A program made the translations under genes and the position numbers. A stretch of DNA of 64,000 bases from Penicillus capitatus (lineage: Eukaryota; Plantae; Chlorophyta), in NCBI GenBank assembly GCA_965649825.1, contig OZ287694.1, positions 124,001 to 188,000 on the forward strand, given 5' to 3'. The notes under the pieces are model-generated. The model ran no database searches, had not been told where the DNA came from, and was given only the letters and a program-made list of their open reading frames with translations. Shown here piece after piece: positions 24,985 to 36,000 of this stretch; positions within the stretch are counted from its first letter, which is position 1; each line of letters opens with the position of its first letter.

Positions 24985-25398
24985 TGCAGGGAATCCCACG
25001 AAACGTATCTACACTTTTTTCGGCAGTCGAATCCGTGGGCGCCTGCGCATGAGTCTGCCGCATCCCCGGACGAGAAGTTCGACGCAACAGGGTTTGAAGT
25101 CTTCATCGACGACACGGCGGGATTCCGCGGCACATTGCCGAGTACTGTTACTGTCCGATCTTACTCTCCGCTGGAAACTGCCCTGAAGCTGTTTCCTGCA
25201 GATCAGTTCGTGACTGGACTGGGGAGAGTGATCTGGATGTGTGAGGGGCCGAGAAGAAAGAACCTCTGGAGTGAAGTCACCCCTTTCTGCCTCTCCGAAC
25301 ACGACTGCATCGGCAGTGCAGAACATTTCTTCAGGACAGTACTTTTTTCATTCAATGTCACTGATTCTTCGAAGCATGCTGCGCGCGTATCTCCTTGA
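24985..25398 (+). CDS. Possible exon of an uncharacterised gene
   Basis: Stop-free frame of about 137 codons with protein-like composition (EKFDATGFEVFIDDTAGFRGTLP...). No family recognised and no start defined. Confidence 0.2.
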   Translation, partial: CRESHETYLHFFRQSNPWAPAHESAASPDEKFDATGFEVFIDDTAGFRGTLPSTVTVRSYSPLETALKLFPADQFVTGLGRVIWMCEGPRRKNLWSEVTPFCLSEHDCIGSAEHFFRTVLFSFNVTDSSKHAARVSP

Positions 25399-25575
25399 TT
25401 GGCAGCGTCCGACCGTCGGACGACCGCATCTTCTGCCATGCAGGATCCGTCGCCCTGCAGAGACCGTTTGCGCCGTGCCTGTCTTTTCAGAAGCCGTCTC
25501 GATCATTTGATAATGATCGCGCTGGATCAGACGACGCATTCTACACGTTTGCATTCGGCGTTTCTCGTCTTCAAG

Positions 25576-28500
25576 ATGCGACGATCTCTCTGTCTTCTGA
25601 AACTTTGCCTTCTGTGCGCTGCGCTCTCACGAGGCGTTGCCATACCACTCGCAGCTGAAAGGGCGACCCCGCGTCCGCCAGACGCCGGGTCGACGAACGA
25701 CGGTTTTATTCACGACTTCTTCACAGCTTTCCGACTGTGCTGTCTGGCGTTTAGACCGAATGGTTGAAAAACAGCCACCTGCGTCGACGACAACGACCTT
25801 AGACCTTTCGACGGAACTCACTCAGAACGTACTGTTCGAATCCGTTTGAAATCAAGCGCACTGAACACGACCTCTTTTGCTTCTAGCAGCTGAACGTGAC
25901 GCGAAGTCTGCTTCAGTCTGACGCGTGGCAACATGACGACGCATCAGGTCAGTGCAGCTTTGTCGACGCACAGAGCGCAGATGTCGACTGGTTTCTGCCG
26001 TGCTGCAGGATTCAACTGTGAGTTGACAGACATGGCTGTAGGCAGATATACTTCAGCAGATAAGAAAACATGGCTCGTCGACGACGAAGTCCTCAAAGAG
26101 ATCGACAACGACCTGCAGATGATCATCAACTGCACTCAAGAGGGAGATGTCGTTTCTTTTAATGCGACTGATGTCATCAAGCCGTCTTCCCTCGTCACCA
26201 TCCCATGGCAATTGACGATCTCTTCGTACACCAAAGACAACTCTGGAAGACACGACTACCGGCGCTCCAAGACGAGGACAATTTTCAAATGTCCTCAAGA
26301 AAACACTGGACTCTTTCTTGTGCAGTAAGATCGCACGGAAAAAGACGTTTATCTCACTCACTTTTCGGATGCAGGGCCACAGACGTCACCTTCGCTGATC
26401 TTGTCATTAAAGGCTGTACATTCGACGGCACAGAGGGAGCACGGGCACTCATTGAAGTCTCGGGTTGCGAGGCAAAGAACGGCGCACGACTCGTGGCTCT
26501 GCACCGCGTGACTTTTCGCAAGAACACACTGATTTCTGCTTCGGGGCTTCGGATGTCCGAGTCGTCGTGTTCCGACTTGGAGATGGTCGAGGTCGAGATC
26601 GCGAACAACGTCTGTTCGAGCGACGGCTGCGGTGTCCTCCTCTCAAAAAAGAGCAATCTGGAGAACTGCGCCGCTTTCGAAAACAGAGTGGTCAAATCCA
26701 ACAAGCAGATGTCGTCCTTGTTGTATGTTCCGGCGTTGTCCAGTACCACGATCCAAGGACTGGAGGCTTCCAGAAACGACCTCACTGTCATTCGAGTTCG
26801 AGAAGGAGACCTTTCTTTGTCGAACGCGTCGTTCGTTCGGAATACTGTGGACAATGAAAATGCCGAAGAGACGAAGACCACCTGTATTCATTTGGTCCAG
26901 TCGTCTGCCGCAATCAGCAAATGCAGTTTCACTGCCAACAACGGCTACAACGGGTCGGCTGTCCTCGCAAAAGAGTCGGACGTTTCTGTCTCCACTTCGG
27001 TTTTCAACAACAACCTTGGTTCTCGGAGTGGCGGCTGTGTTCACGCATTGATGTCGAACGTGACACTTGAGAAAACCTCTGCGACCAATAACAGTGCAGA
27101 AAGGGATGGCGGATTTATGCACGTGTTGAGCTCGAACGTCACACTGGAGAACACGTCTGCTGCTAACAACATCGCAAAGGATGATGGCGGATTCTTGTAT
27201 GCGAAAGACTCGACCATCGCGCTGGAGAACACTACCGCGACTAACAGCAGCACGGAATCTGTTGGAGGATTCTTGTATGCACAGGAATCAACTGCGAAGC
27301 TTGAAAACACCTTGGCGACCAACAGCAGCGCGGAGAACTCTGGAGGATTCTTGTATGCGAAAGACTCGACCATCGCGCTGGAGAAGACTACCGCGACTGA
27401 CAGCAGCGTGAAGGTAGATGGAGGATTCATGGTCGCGTGGAGATCGAACGTCACGCTGAAAAACACTTCGGCGGTCAACAGCAACGCTAAGGATTATGGC
27501 GGATTCTTGTATGCACGGGAATCAACTGCGAAGCTTGAAAACACCTTGGCGATCTACAGCAGCGCGGGGAACTCTGGAGGATTCTTGTATGCGAAAGACT
27601 CGACCATCGCGCTGGAGAAGACTACCGCGACTAACAGCAGCGTGAAGGTAGATGGAGGATTCATGGTCGCGTGGAGATCGAACGTCACGCTGAAAAACAT
27701 TTCGTCGGTCAACAGCAGTGCGGCGAATGATGGAGGATTTGTGTACGCGCTGATCTCAACCGTTACGTTAGAAAACGCTTCGGCGACCAACAGCAGCGCG
27801 GGGAACTCTGGAGGATTCTTGTATGCGAAAGACTCGACCATCGCGCTGGAGAACACTACCGCGACTAACAGCAGCACGGAATCTCTTGGAGGATTCATGT
27901 ATGCACGGGAATCAACTGCGAAGCTTGAAAACACCTTGGCGACCAACAGCAGCGCGGGGAACTCTGGAGGATTCTTGTATGCGGCGGGCTCGAACATCAC
28001 GCTGGAGAACACTACCGCAACTAACAGCAGCGTGAAGGCAGATGGAGGATTCATGGTCGCGTGGAGATCGAACGTCACGCTGAAAAACATTTCGTCGGTC
28101 AACAGCAGTGCGGCGAATGATGGAGGATTTGTGTACGCGCTGATCTCAAACGTTACGTTAGAAAACGCTTCGGCGACCAGCAGTAGATCAGAGGATGATG
28201 GAGGATTCGTGTGTGCGGAGGACTCGAATATCACGATGGCAAACATTAATGCGGTCAACAGCAACGCTAAGGATTATGGCGGATTCTTGTATGCACGGGA
28301 ATCAACTGCGAAGCTTGAAAACACCTTGGCGACCAACAGCAGCTCGGAGAACTCTGGAGGATTCTTGTATGCAGAGGACTCAAAGTTGACAGTGCATAAC
28401 ACAACCGCGATCAGCAACAACGCGGAACACGCTGGCGGCTCTTTGTATTTGCTAAATTCGAACTTGAGAATCACACTGTCACAGTTCTCCTCGAGCAACT

Positions 28501-31500
28501 CCAATACCTCTGGAGGCTTTGCCGCAATGGACAGCAGCTCGATCTTCATGAATGACACTGAGATTGTTGGAGGAAGATCCAAGAATGGTGGAGCAATCTG
28601 GTTGAAAGCGTCCAACACGACGGCACGCAATCTCTCCATAATTCACTGTCGAGCTGACAACTCCGGCGGCGGTGTTATGAGCCGCGCACACTCAACTTTT
28701 CTGTGTACTGACTGTAAGTTTGAAAGCAATTCTGCAGAGAAGGGGAATGGCGGTGCAATTTTCTTCGATTCCCACCCTAACCAGACTCTGGCGTTGCAGA
28801 TCGCTCAAAGCCGCTTCGAGAACAACGAAGCAGATTTCGGGGGTAAGACTTGCAAGAAAAATGGAGCGCTGTTGATACACGTGCGTTTAGGCGGACTCTT
28901 CTTTGTTTGCAGCAAGAAGAACGACCGATGCTCGACAAACGGCACTGATTGTCCCTTCATGGCTTTGACGGGCACAAAGCTCTCTGGCAATAACGCGAAA
29001 GTCGCAGGAGGAGCCGTCTTCGTTGGTTACTTAGAAGCTGTCCGTTTCGATTGCTCCGTCCCTTCCTGGGACTCCCGTTTGAAATTCTACGAGGAGGAGA
29101 AGTGGAAAGATCTGAAGAGAATGGAATCGATCGATGACTTTTGCTCAGGGTGGAAGAACAACAGCGGCAGTGTCTATGGACCCGTCATCGGGACATATGC
29201 CGTAGCTGCACGAATGACACTCGAAGATACCAGCTCCGTATGTGTTAGCGGGAGTGAGGACTGTGTGCTTGCGGAATATCGCAACGGCACAGACTTGCCC
29301 GCGGCAACAGTAACGTTGGTGGACGGTTTTATGCAAGGTCCTTCGAGAAACTACCGCGCAGTCCAAGCAACCTTGTCGTCGCCAAGTAACGAATTCTTGG
29401 TCGGGTCTGTCGTCTTGCCAATGAAAGACGGAACTTGTACTTTTCGATCCATCAGAGGCTTTGTTCCTCAAGGAGAGTACAAGTTGACAGTCGACTTTAG
29501 CGAAACGGCTATCCAAGAGATTGGGCTCACTGTTAAAGTCCAAAACTGCTCTTTCGGTGAAGTTCTGTTGCTTGCGAAGTTTTGTGTCGACTGCAGCAGT
29601 ACAAGCTTCAATTTCGACCCATCAGCAGAAGAGTGCCAGCCTTGTCCAGAGCATGGCAACTGCGAGTCCAGGGCGATCACACCGGAAGACGGATACTGGC
29701 AGAAGACGCCGTGTTCGGACCACATCTACAAATGCCTGCCAGCATCAGCCTGCAAATTCAAAGGACGTTCCAAAAAGCTGACAGACCTCGTGAGCAATGT
29801 CACGAGCTGTCATTTCAACGAGACGTGGATAGAGGAAGATTACACGAAAACCCAGTGCGCGAAGGTACATCTTTGCTTTCTTTCGCGTATTCGAATCATC
29901 TGCGTGTTCGTCGAAGGGCCACGAAGGGCCACGTTGCGGATCATGCTCACGCAGATATGGTTCTGGTCTGTCGGCGAAGTGCCGGAAGTGCTCGAAGGGA
30001 TTTGTCAACATTGCTCTCATTCTAACATCAGTTCTTTTCTTGATGGGACTGACAGGTATCACAGTCAATGGTACACTTAACGTTAGGGAGACGAACCCCG
30101 GAGAGCTTCGTCGCCAAAATGCGCTGACGACACGATCGACCGAGCTGGGGCCCGTTACTTCTCTCGAAGATCAAGCAGAGAGAGCGAATACCAATAGGCC
30201 TTCGCATCGCCGCGATTCTCTGGGCGATCAATCAATCGAAGGCGTCCCTGCAGATGATGTGCTGCTCGCGAAGTGGAAAGCCGTCGAAATGTTCAAGGTG
30301 AGAAAAGCAAGTGCCTGGCCTTCTCTCGCTCATTCGCTTGTGTCGCTGTCGTAGATCATTCTGGGCTTCATCCAAACGACCATCTTGTTGGCTTCTTTGG
30401 ACGTCGGATGGGGCCTTCCGCTGTTTATCTTGGCAGAAGCGGCAGGTAAGGCCGAGCATTGATTTGCGTTGTGTCAACGATTCGTTGCTGTGGCAGAGTA
30501 CATCAGTGGCCTCGCGTCTGATGGCAACAGACGCTCCGTGATGTGTCTGGATCTTAAAGATCCGTACGTGCATCCCACGGCGCTGGCTTTTGCGTTCAAC
30601 GTCTTCTTCGTTCCCGTCGCCGTCTTTGTCTTCTGGATGGCGTTCTGGATGATAATGGCTGTGAGATACGGAAACGACAGGCCCCCTCGTTGCCTGGCGA
30701 AAAGATGCATGCTATCCCTGATGGCTTTGTGGTACATCACACTGGTGCCAGTGCTCAAAACCACCCTGAGCATCGGACTCTGTGTCGACGTGGAAGACTC
30801 GTCGAACGCCTATGCAGGCGACCTCACCACCAAGTACTGGGCCCTCGACACGAGCATCCAGTGCTATCAGGGAGACCACGCCAATCTTCTCTACTTCACG
30901 GTTGGGGCGTTCGTGTGTCCAATGTACGGCGGATTGCTGATTGTTTTTGCTCTTTTCCTCAGAGCTTCGGAGAAGCATCTTTGCGACAAGGACGGCTGGA
31001 TTTACGGGACGACAGGATTCCTCTACCGCAGTTACAGTCTGGGTCGCCGTCGTTACTGGGAAGTCGCTGTCGTTCTCAGAAAGGTGGCAGTTTCCTTTTT
31101 GGTGTTCTGCGCCCACCTTTACGACAGCGTCGTCCCCATCACTGGCGTCGCGCACGTCATCACACTTGCCATCGCCGCACAGATTGTTGTGAAGCCCTAT
31201 CGCAAGGAATTCAAAGACCTGAACAGATTCGAAGTAGCTTCTCTAATCATTTCGCAAGCGACGACGCACGTGGCGATCATGCTCAGACAAGAAGACTTCC
31301 CGAAAGACATCGTCCGCGAGTTGTTTACAGTGGCATGCGTCTTGCTGAGTCTCATCACCTTTTTCGTTTTCGTATTCTACCTTCTTAAGTTCGCAGCTGA
31401 TTACCTGAGACACGGTTTGATAGAACGCGGCGAAGACACCGTGTCAAATGCTGGAATGTTCGGTGTCCTGAGGCAATGGATCGGCTACGAGATCAAGCGT

Positions 31501-31578
31501 CTGATTCCCAATCTGAGATCAACGCCCAAAGATCCCGAGACCGCCGAACAATTGGCCTTCGAGGGCAGAACCGAATGA
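25576..31578 (+). CDS. Receptor paralogue B: signal peptide, Pmp-like beta-helix with 26-aa tandem repeats, Ig-like, Cys-rich, about 8-9 TM; intact
   Basis: All exons join in frame through GT-AG introns. Motifs: GGF/GGA repeats, NGTDLP...DGFMQGP, CQPCPEHGNC...GYWQKTPCS, GHEGPRCGSC, YWALDTSIQCY, GFLYRSY...YWEVAVVLRK. Confidence 0.88.
27030..28511 (+). repeat. In-frame tandem array of 19 x 78-bp (26-aa) units in gene B
   Basis: GG codons recur at an exact 78-nt period (27030, 27108, 27186, 27264 ... 28434, 28512). Units 3-18 fall into a few near-identical sequence types. Confidence 0.95.
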
Positions 31579-31611
31579 GCTCTATTCGCCAGAGATTCTT
31601 TTCTTCTTTCC

Positions 31612-31707
31612 GAGCTGAACCCGAATAAGGTTCATATCACATAAGCTACCGTCTTATTTTTCATCTTTCCAAGCTGAGCCCCAAGAGGGACTCAAATCAC
31701 ATAAGCT
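31612..31707. repeat. Two copies of a hairpin motif (AGCTGAGCCC-loop-GGGCTCA-WATCACATAAGCT) 3' of gene B
   Basis: TGAACC-cgaataa-GGTTCA and TGAGCCCC-aaga-GGGACTCA, about 59 bp apart. Homologous pair at 39523-39625. Confidence 0.75.
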
Positions 31708-31843
31708 GTGACGGGACTTGTCTTTTTCTTTCGGTCAAGAAGATTGACTTGCAGGCTTGCGTATCATGTACAATGCATGTGTTGCTGCTTGTTCTCCGAA
31801 ACAGGTTTTTAATTAAACGTGACAAAATCGCAGCGTCCCGCGC

Positions 31844-32330
31844 CTAATGCCGCGAGAATCGAATAGGGCTTCCGTATTGCACGTCGTAAGTGAAATTCCG
31901 GACGACGTCATTCAAGCAGATGTCCAGAACAACTGTCGCAAGGTACGTTCCGGCGACAGGTGTCTATCTCTCGTCGGCAACGTCTACCATATCTATGATA
32001 GAACGCCGACACTTTAATAACACGTGCGTAGCTACTGTGGCTCTGAACACTGTCCTGTCCATTCTACGAGTAAGGTCCCGAGAGACTTCGTTTGACGATG
32101 AGAAAACGTACAGAAGAACCACGAGGTGGTCTGAAAAGAGAGCACTTAGAACAAGCTGCTGATAGCTGTTGCTGAACGTGCATCAAAAAAGAATCGGAAG
32201 AGTGACTGTCATCAGCCGCATACATCAAACGCGCTCTGCCAAAGAAAAACGACGAGGCTGCACTCTTGGACTTGAAGTCGGTTCGAATGGATTCTGGAAG
32301 TGTCCTCTAACGAGGAGTGTAATCTGATGC
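31844..32330 (-). pseudogene. Frameshifted copy of the uncharacterised gene at 39724-40442
   Basis: Same exons (DHLVVLLYVFSSSNEVSRDL..., TPVAGTYLATVVLDIC) and the same introns. One extra T in a T-run shifts the frame. Confidence 0.35.
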
Positions 32331-33029
32331 ATGCCGTCATTTATCAGGATTCGTTGAATCGCAATCCATCCAGCCAAACGATCGTAAGACTCACTTCACG
32401 ATGGGACACCGTGACGTTGACAGCATTCGTTTCGTTTTGGCAATCTGCGAATGATGATGTCTGACGTTCGGCAATTCCCACAATCCCTTTTCGCAGAGCT
32501 TGTCATTTCATTCGATACTTGTGCGGATAATGACTCGGCAGCTAGCGGTCGTCGCTGTGCAGGGTGCTGCTTGTTCAGCTACTTTGTCATTTCATGAACG
32601 CATGGCACGAAGGATATTGGCTATGTCTGGCAAAAAACTGAGCACAACGTGTCTCCTGGCAACGGGACAAAGTGGCCGGCCATCGAATTCTACCTGTACG
32701 TAACGATAGGTACGTTTCGGCATCGCAGCAGGCAGCATACGAAGCAGCAAACACCACACTCCTCGTTTCTTGACATTCTGTTGTTGCCGTCGGTGCAAAA
32801 CACGTCAGAGTGAGAATCGATGTGACTGCTGTTGTCAACATAAGACGGGAGGACACGTCAGTCGGTTAGTGCGTTCGTTCGCATCGTCGTCCATCACACG
32901 ACCACCATTCAAACATTCTTCGCTTCCTTGCGTCGATTTTTTTCAACCGTGTCAGTGCGAACGTCCAGTGATCTACGTGTTTTATAACGCCCGTTTTCCG
33001 TTTATGCTTCTCCCTGTCGCATACTCTAA

Positions 33030-36000
33030 ATGAAGCGGCTTCCTTTGTTGTGGCTGTTACTCGCCAACGTCCTTATCCTGTCCTGCGTGTTCTGTCGGCG
33101 CACAAGTATGATGCCGAGCTTTCCTCTGGATGTGATGCTTTCATCCAGGTGTTTGCGACACTTATGTCGACAGCAATGCGGTGACCGTGAATGACCAGAC
33201 CGTGGAAGACATCGAAGCTTCTCGCACATCGTTTCAAGACATCGTGGACTGTTTAAACCGGAGCGGCGTCATTCGCTTCGCGACGGAAAGATTCTCAGTC
33301 GACAAGACGATCAGAATCGACAAGGATGTCTCTATCACATCCACCGCACAAAGAAAGACATCCTTCATATGCAACGGACAGCCTGTTTTCGACATCAAGT
33401 CGGTATTTCCTCACCTCCACAAGTCTAGCTGAGCGTCAACTGTGTAGAGGAGCGGCGGTTGACATCTCAGACATCATGATAAGAGAGTGCGCATTAAACA
33501 GCGCAGGGGCGGTGCCAATCGTCATCGGTTCAGGATCAAATGTCATTCTCAGATCCGCAAAGTTCTCTCGCAATGTAAACGATGCGGGACCCAGTGTCGT
33601 CAAGGCTCTGAACGCATCTAGCATCGCCATCGAGGACAGCAAGTTTCGAAGTAATCGTGGACACCTAGGGACAGTTGCCCTAACGAATACCAGCATCCTT
33701 GTTGTTTCCGGCTCGAGTTTTTCGAAGAACGCCGCCACCAATCCAGAAAAGGCGGCGGCGTCTTCCTCATTCAGGTAGGTCCATCTTCTGTCAACCAGAC
33801 TCCATTGCACCCACACAGTGTGGATGTAGAGCGAGGAAACACAGACCGCCGTTGTCGTCAGGAACGCAAGCGCATTCATCCAAAACGAGGCTGTTGCAGG
33901 AGACGGCGGCGCTTTCCACGTTTCTGGACAGGGCGTCTCTCTCGTCATCGAAGATGACGTTCATTTCAAAGAGAATGTGGCAAAGAGAAGAGGCGGCGCC
34001 GTCTTCGTATCGAATGCATATAGCCTGACAGTCAGGGATGCCTTTTTCAATGAGAACAAATCGAATCACACCGGCGGCGGGGCCATCTTTGCAGAGGTAA
34101 ACTTCTTTATCTGCGATCCAGGAGGTTTCGTTTTGATCATAGGATGTGCGAAAGAATGGAGGTCTACGCATCGAGGTGTCTAATATCTTGTTCGCTCAGA
34201 ATGAAGCGCGTGGCTTCCTTGGTTCCGGCGGCGGGATGCGTATTCAAGGGCGTGGTGTCAGCGCTGCGATATACGATTCCGTTTCGTTCGCACTCAATAA
34301 AGCACATCTCGATGGTGGAGGCATGCATATCTCAAACGAGGCATTTGCCTACATCCTTAACGCTTCGTTTGTTGGAAATGAAGCACTTAACGGCGGTGGT
34401 GCTGCCTTGTATATCTTGGTAAGACCATCGTGGGAAGCGTATCGTTGTTCCCATGCCAATTGTGTTACAGTCGCTGGTACGAGATCCGGAGATAACAATG
34501 GAGGTCATGGTCTCCAGCACGGACTTTTTATTCAACAGCGGACTCTATAGCGATCGAGGAGGCGGATGCATCGGCGCCTTCGGCATTGGATTAAATGTGA
34601 CGGTTAATGAGTGCTTCTTCAGTGGCAATGACGGCGGGCGGGGAAGCGGAGGAGCAATCTATGTCTCTGGCGGACCAGTCGTCAGAATCAGGGGAACGGT
34701 ATTTGAGAGAAACAAAGCGGAATGGGGAGGTGCTTTGTATGCCGAGGTGGGCAACGGAACGTCCACAGTCGATGGATTTGCATGTGTTCTAGAGCGATGT
34801 TCTCTACGTCATACATTCGTCCAAGTCCATCGAGAATTCGGCAAGAGAAGGAGGTGCCATGCACGTCCGGGGCGACGTGGACGTCGTCATGGACAACTGC
34901 ATATTTGAAAGCAACAGAGCCATAACAGAAGGAGGCGCCATCAAAGTGCTCAGCTTCACCTCAGCTGGAGACGAACGTGCGCAATTCCGAATGACGAATA
35001 GCACCGTGGTGGACAACAAAGCTGGCACCAACTTGTTCGAAGACAGACTTTACGGGACGGAGACGCACGGTGGAGGAATCTTGGCAGAAGGTACTGGAAT
35101 CGAGATGGAACTGTTGGGCAACACCTTCAGCCGCAATGTGGCCTCGAATGGCGGCGCCATGAGAATCTATGTCGTTGTTGATTGCGACATTGGCGACGGT
35201 AACAGGTAAGCATGGACTGAGACGATGACAGATGCTGAGAGATGTCAAAGGTTCGAAGACAACGAAGCAAACTTCGGCGCCGCCATTTTCTTGGTCGTTG
35301 ATGAAAAAGTCGACATTAACAGGCGGGATGCGTATCGCATTGCTGGCGCGGTTTTCCGAAACAACAGCGTCGAGTTCACAGGAGGGGGTATCTACGTCTC
35401 AGGTACACGGACAGAATCGCTCTCGGTATCGTTGAATGCACGCAGCTTCCTTTTGCTTGTCGAGGGCAGTTTATTCACAAATAACACGTAAGCCATTCAT
35501 GTATGTTACTGCAACCGTTTGAACACAGATCATGACAGGGCAAGGCGCGGTGGCGGTGCATTGTCGATGATCAGTTCGGCTGTCAAAGTCTATGGATGTA
35601 TCTTCGTTTCGAACACGGCAGTGGCGAATTCAACAAGCCAGGCAACTCCGTTTCTTGGCTACGGTGGAGCCATAAACGTTCAGACGGGTTCCTTAATGAA
35701 GTGCAACTCCTCGCTGTTTCTGTCGAACCGAGCAGATGTCGGCGGGGCAGCGTTCGTACGCGATGGCACCTTCGAAGCAGAGGGCGTGAACTTTACCAGG
35801 AACTCCGTTCAACCCAGAGGCGTTGGCGGCGCCGTGGGCGTAGAGATCTCCAAAGGAAAAGACATACCATTCATCAACAGCGCCTATCGACTACGCAGCA
35901 TCGTCTTTCAATGTGAATTCTGCAACTTTGAAAAGAACAACGGTTCCCTCGCCGGAGGTCAGCTCACTTACGCTTGCATCGATGTTTGCTGATGACTGTT

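Larger units (their letters stand above)
29630..32330 (+). repeat. Segmental duplication, partner of about 36908-40210
   Basis: High DNA identity from the CPEHGNCES exon through the TM exons, their introns and about 750 bp of 3' flank. Confidence 0.9.

Noticed and set aside
25009-25326. Trypsin-like remnant (EEMFCTAD...RGDF) on the minus strand
   Set aside because: No catalytic motifs; the opposite strand gives a more protein-like frame.
31612-31707. SECIS element or histone stem-loop
   Set aside because: No AUGA/GA quartet geometry, no in-frame UGA in the upstream gene, and the stem-loop does not match the histone consensus.
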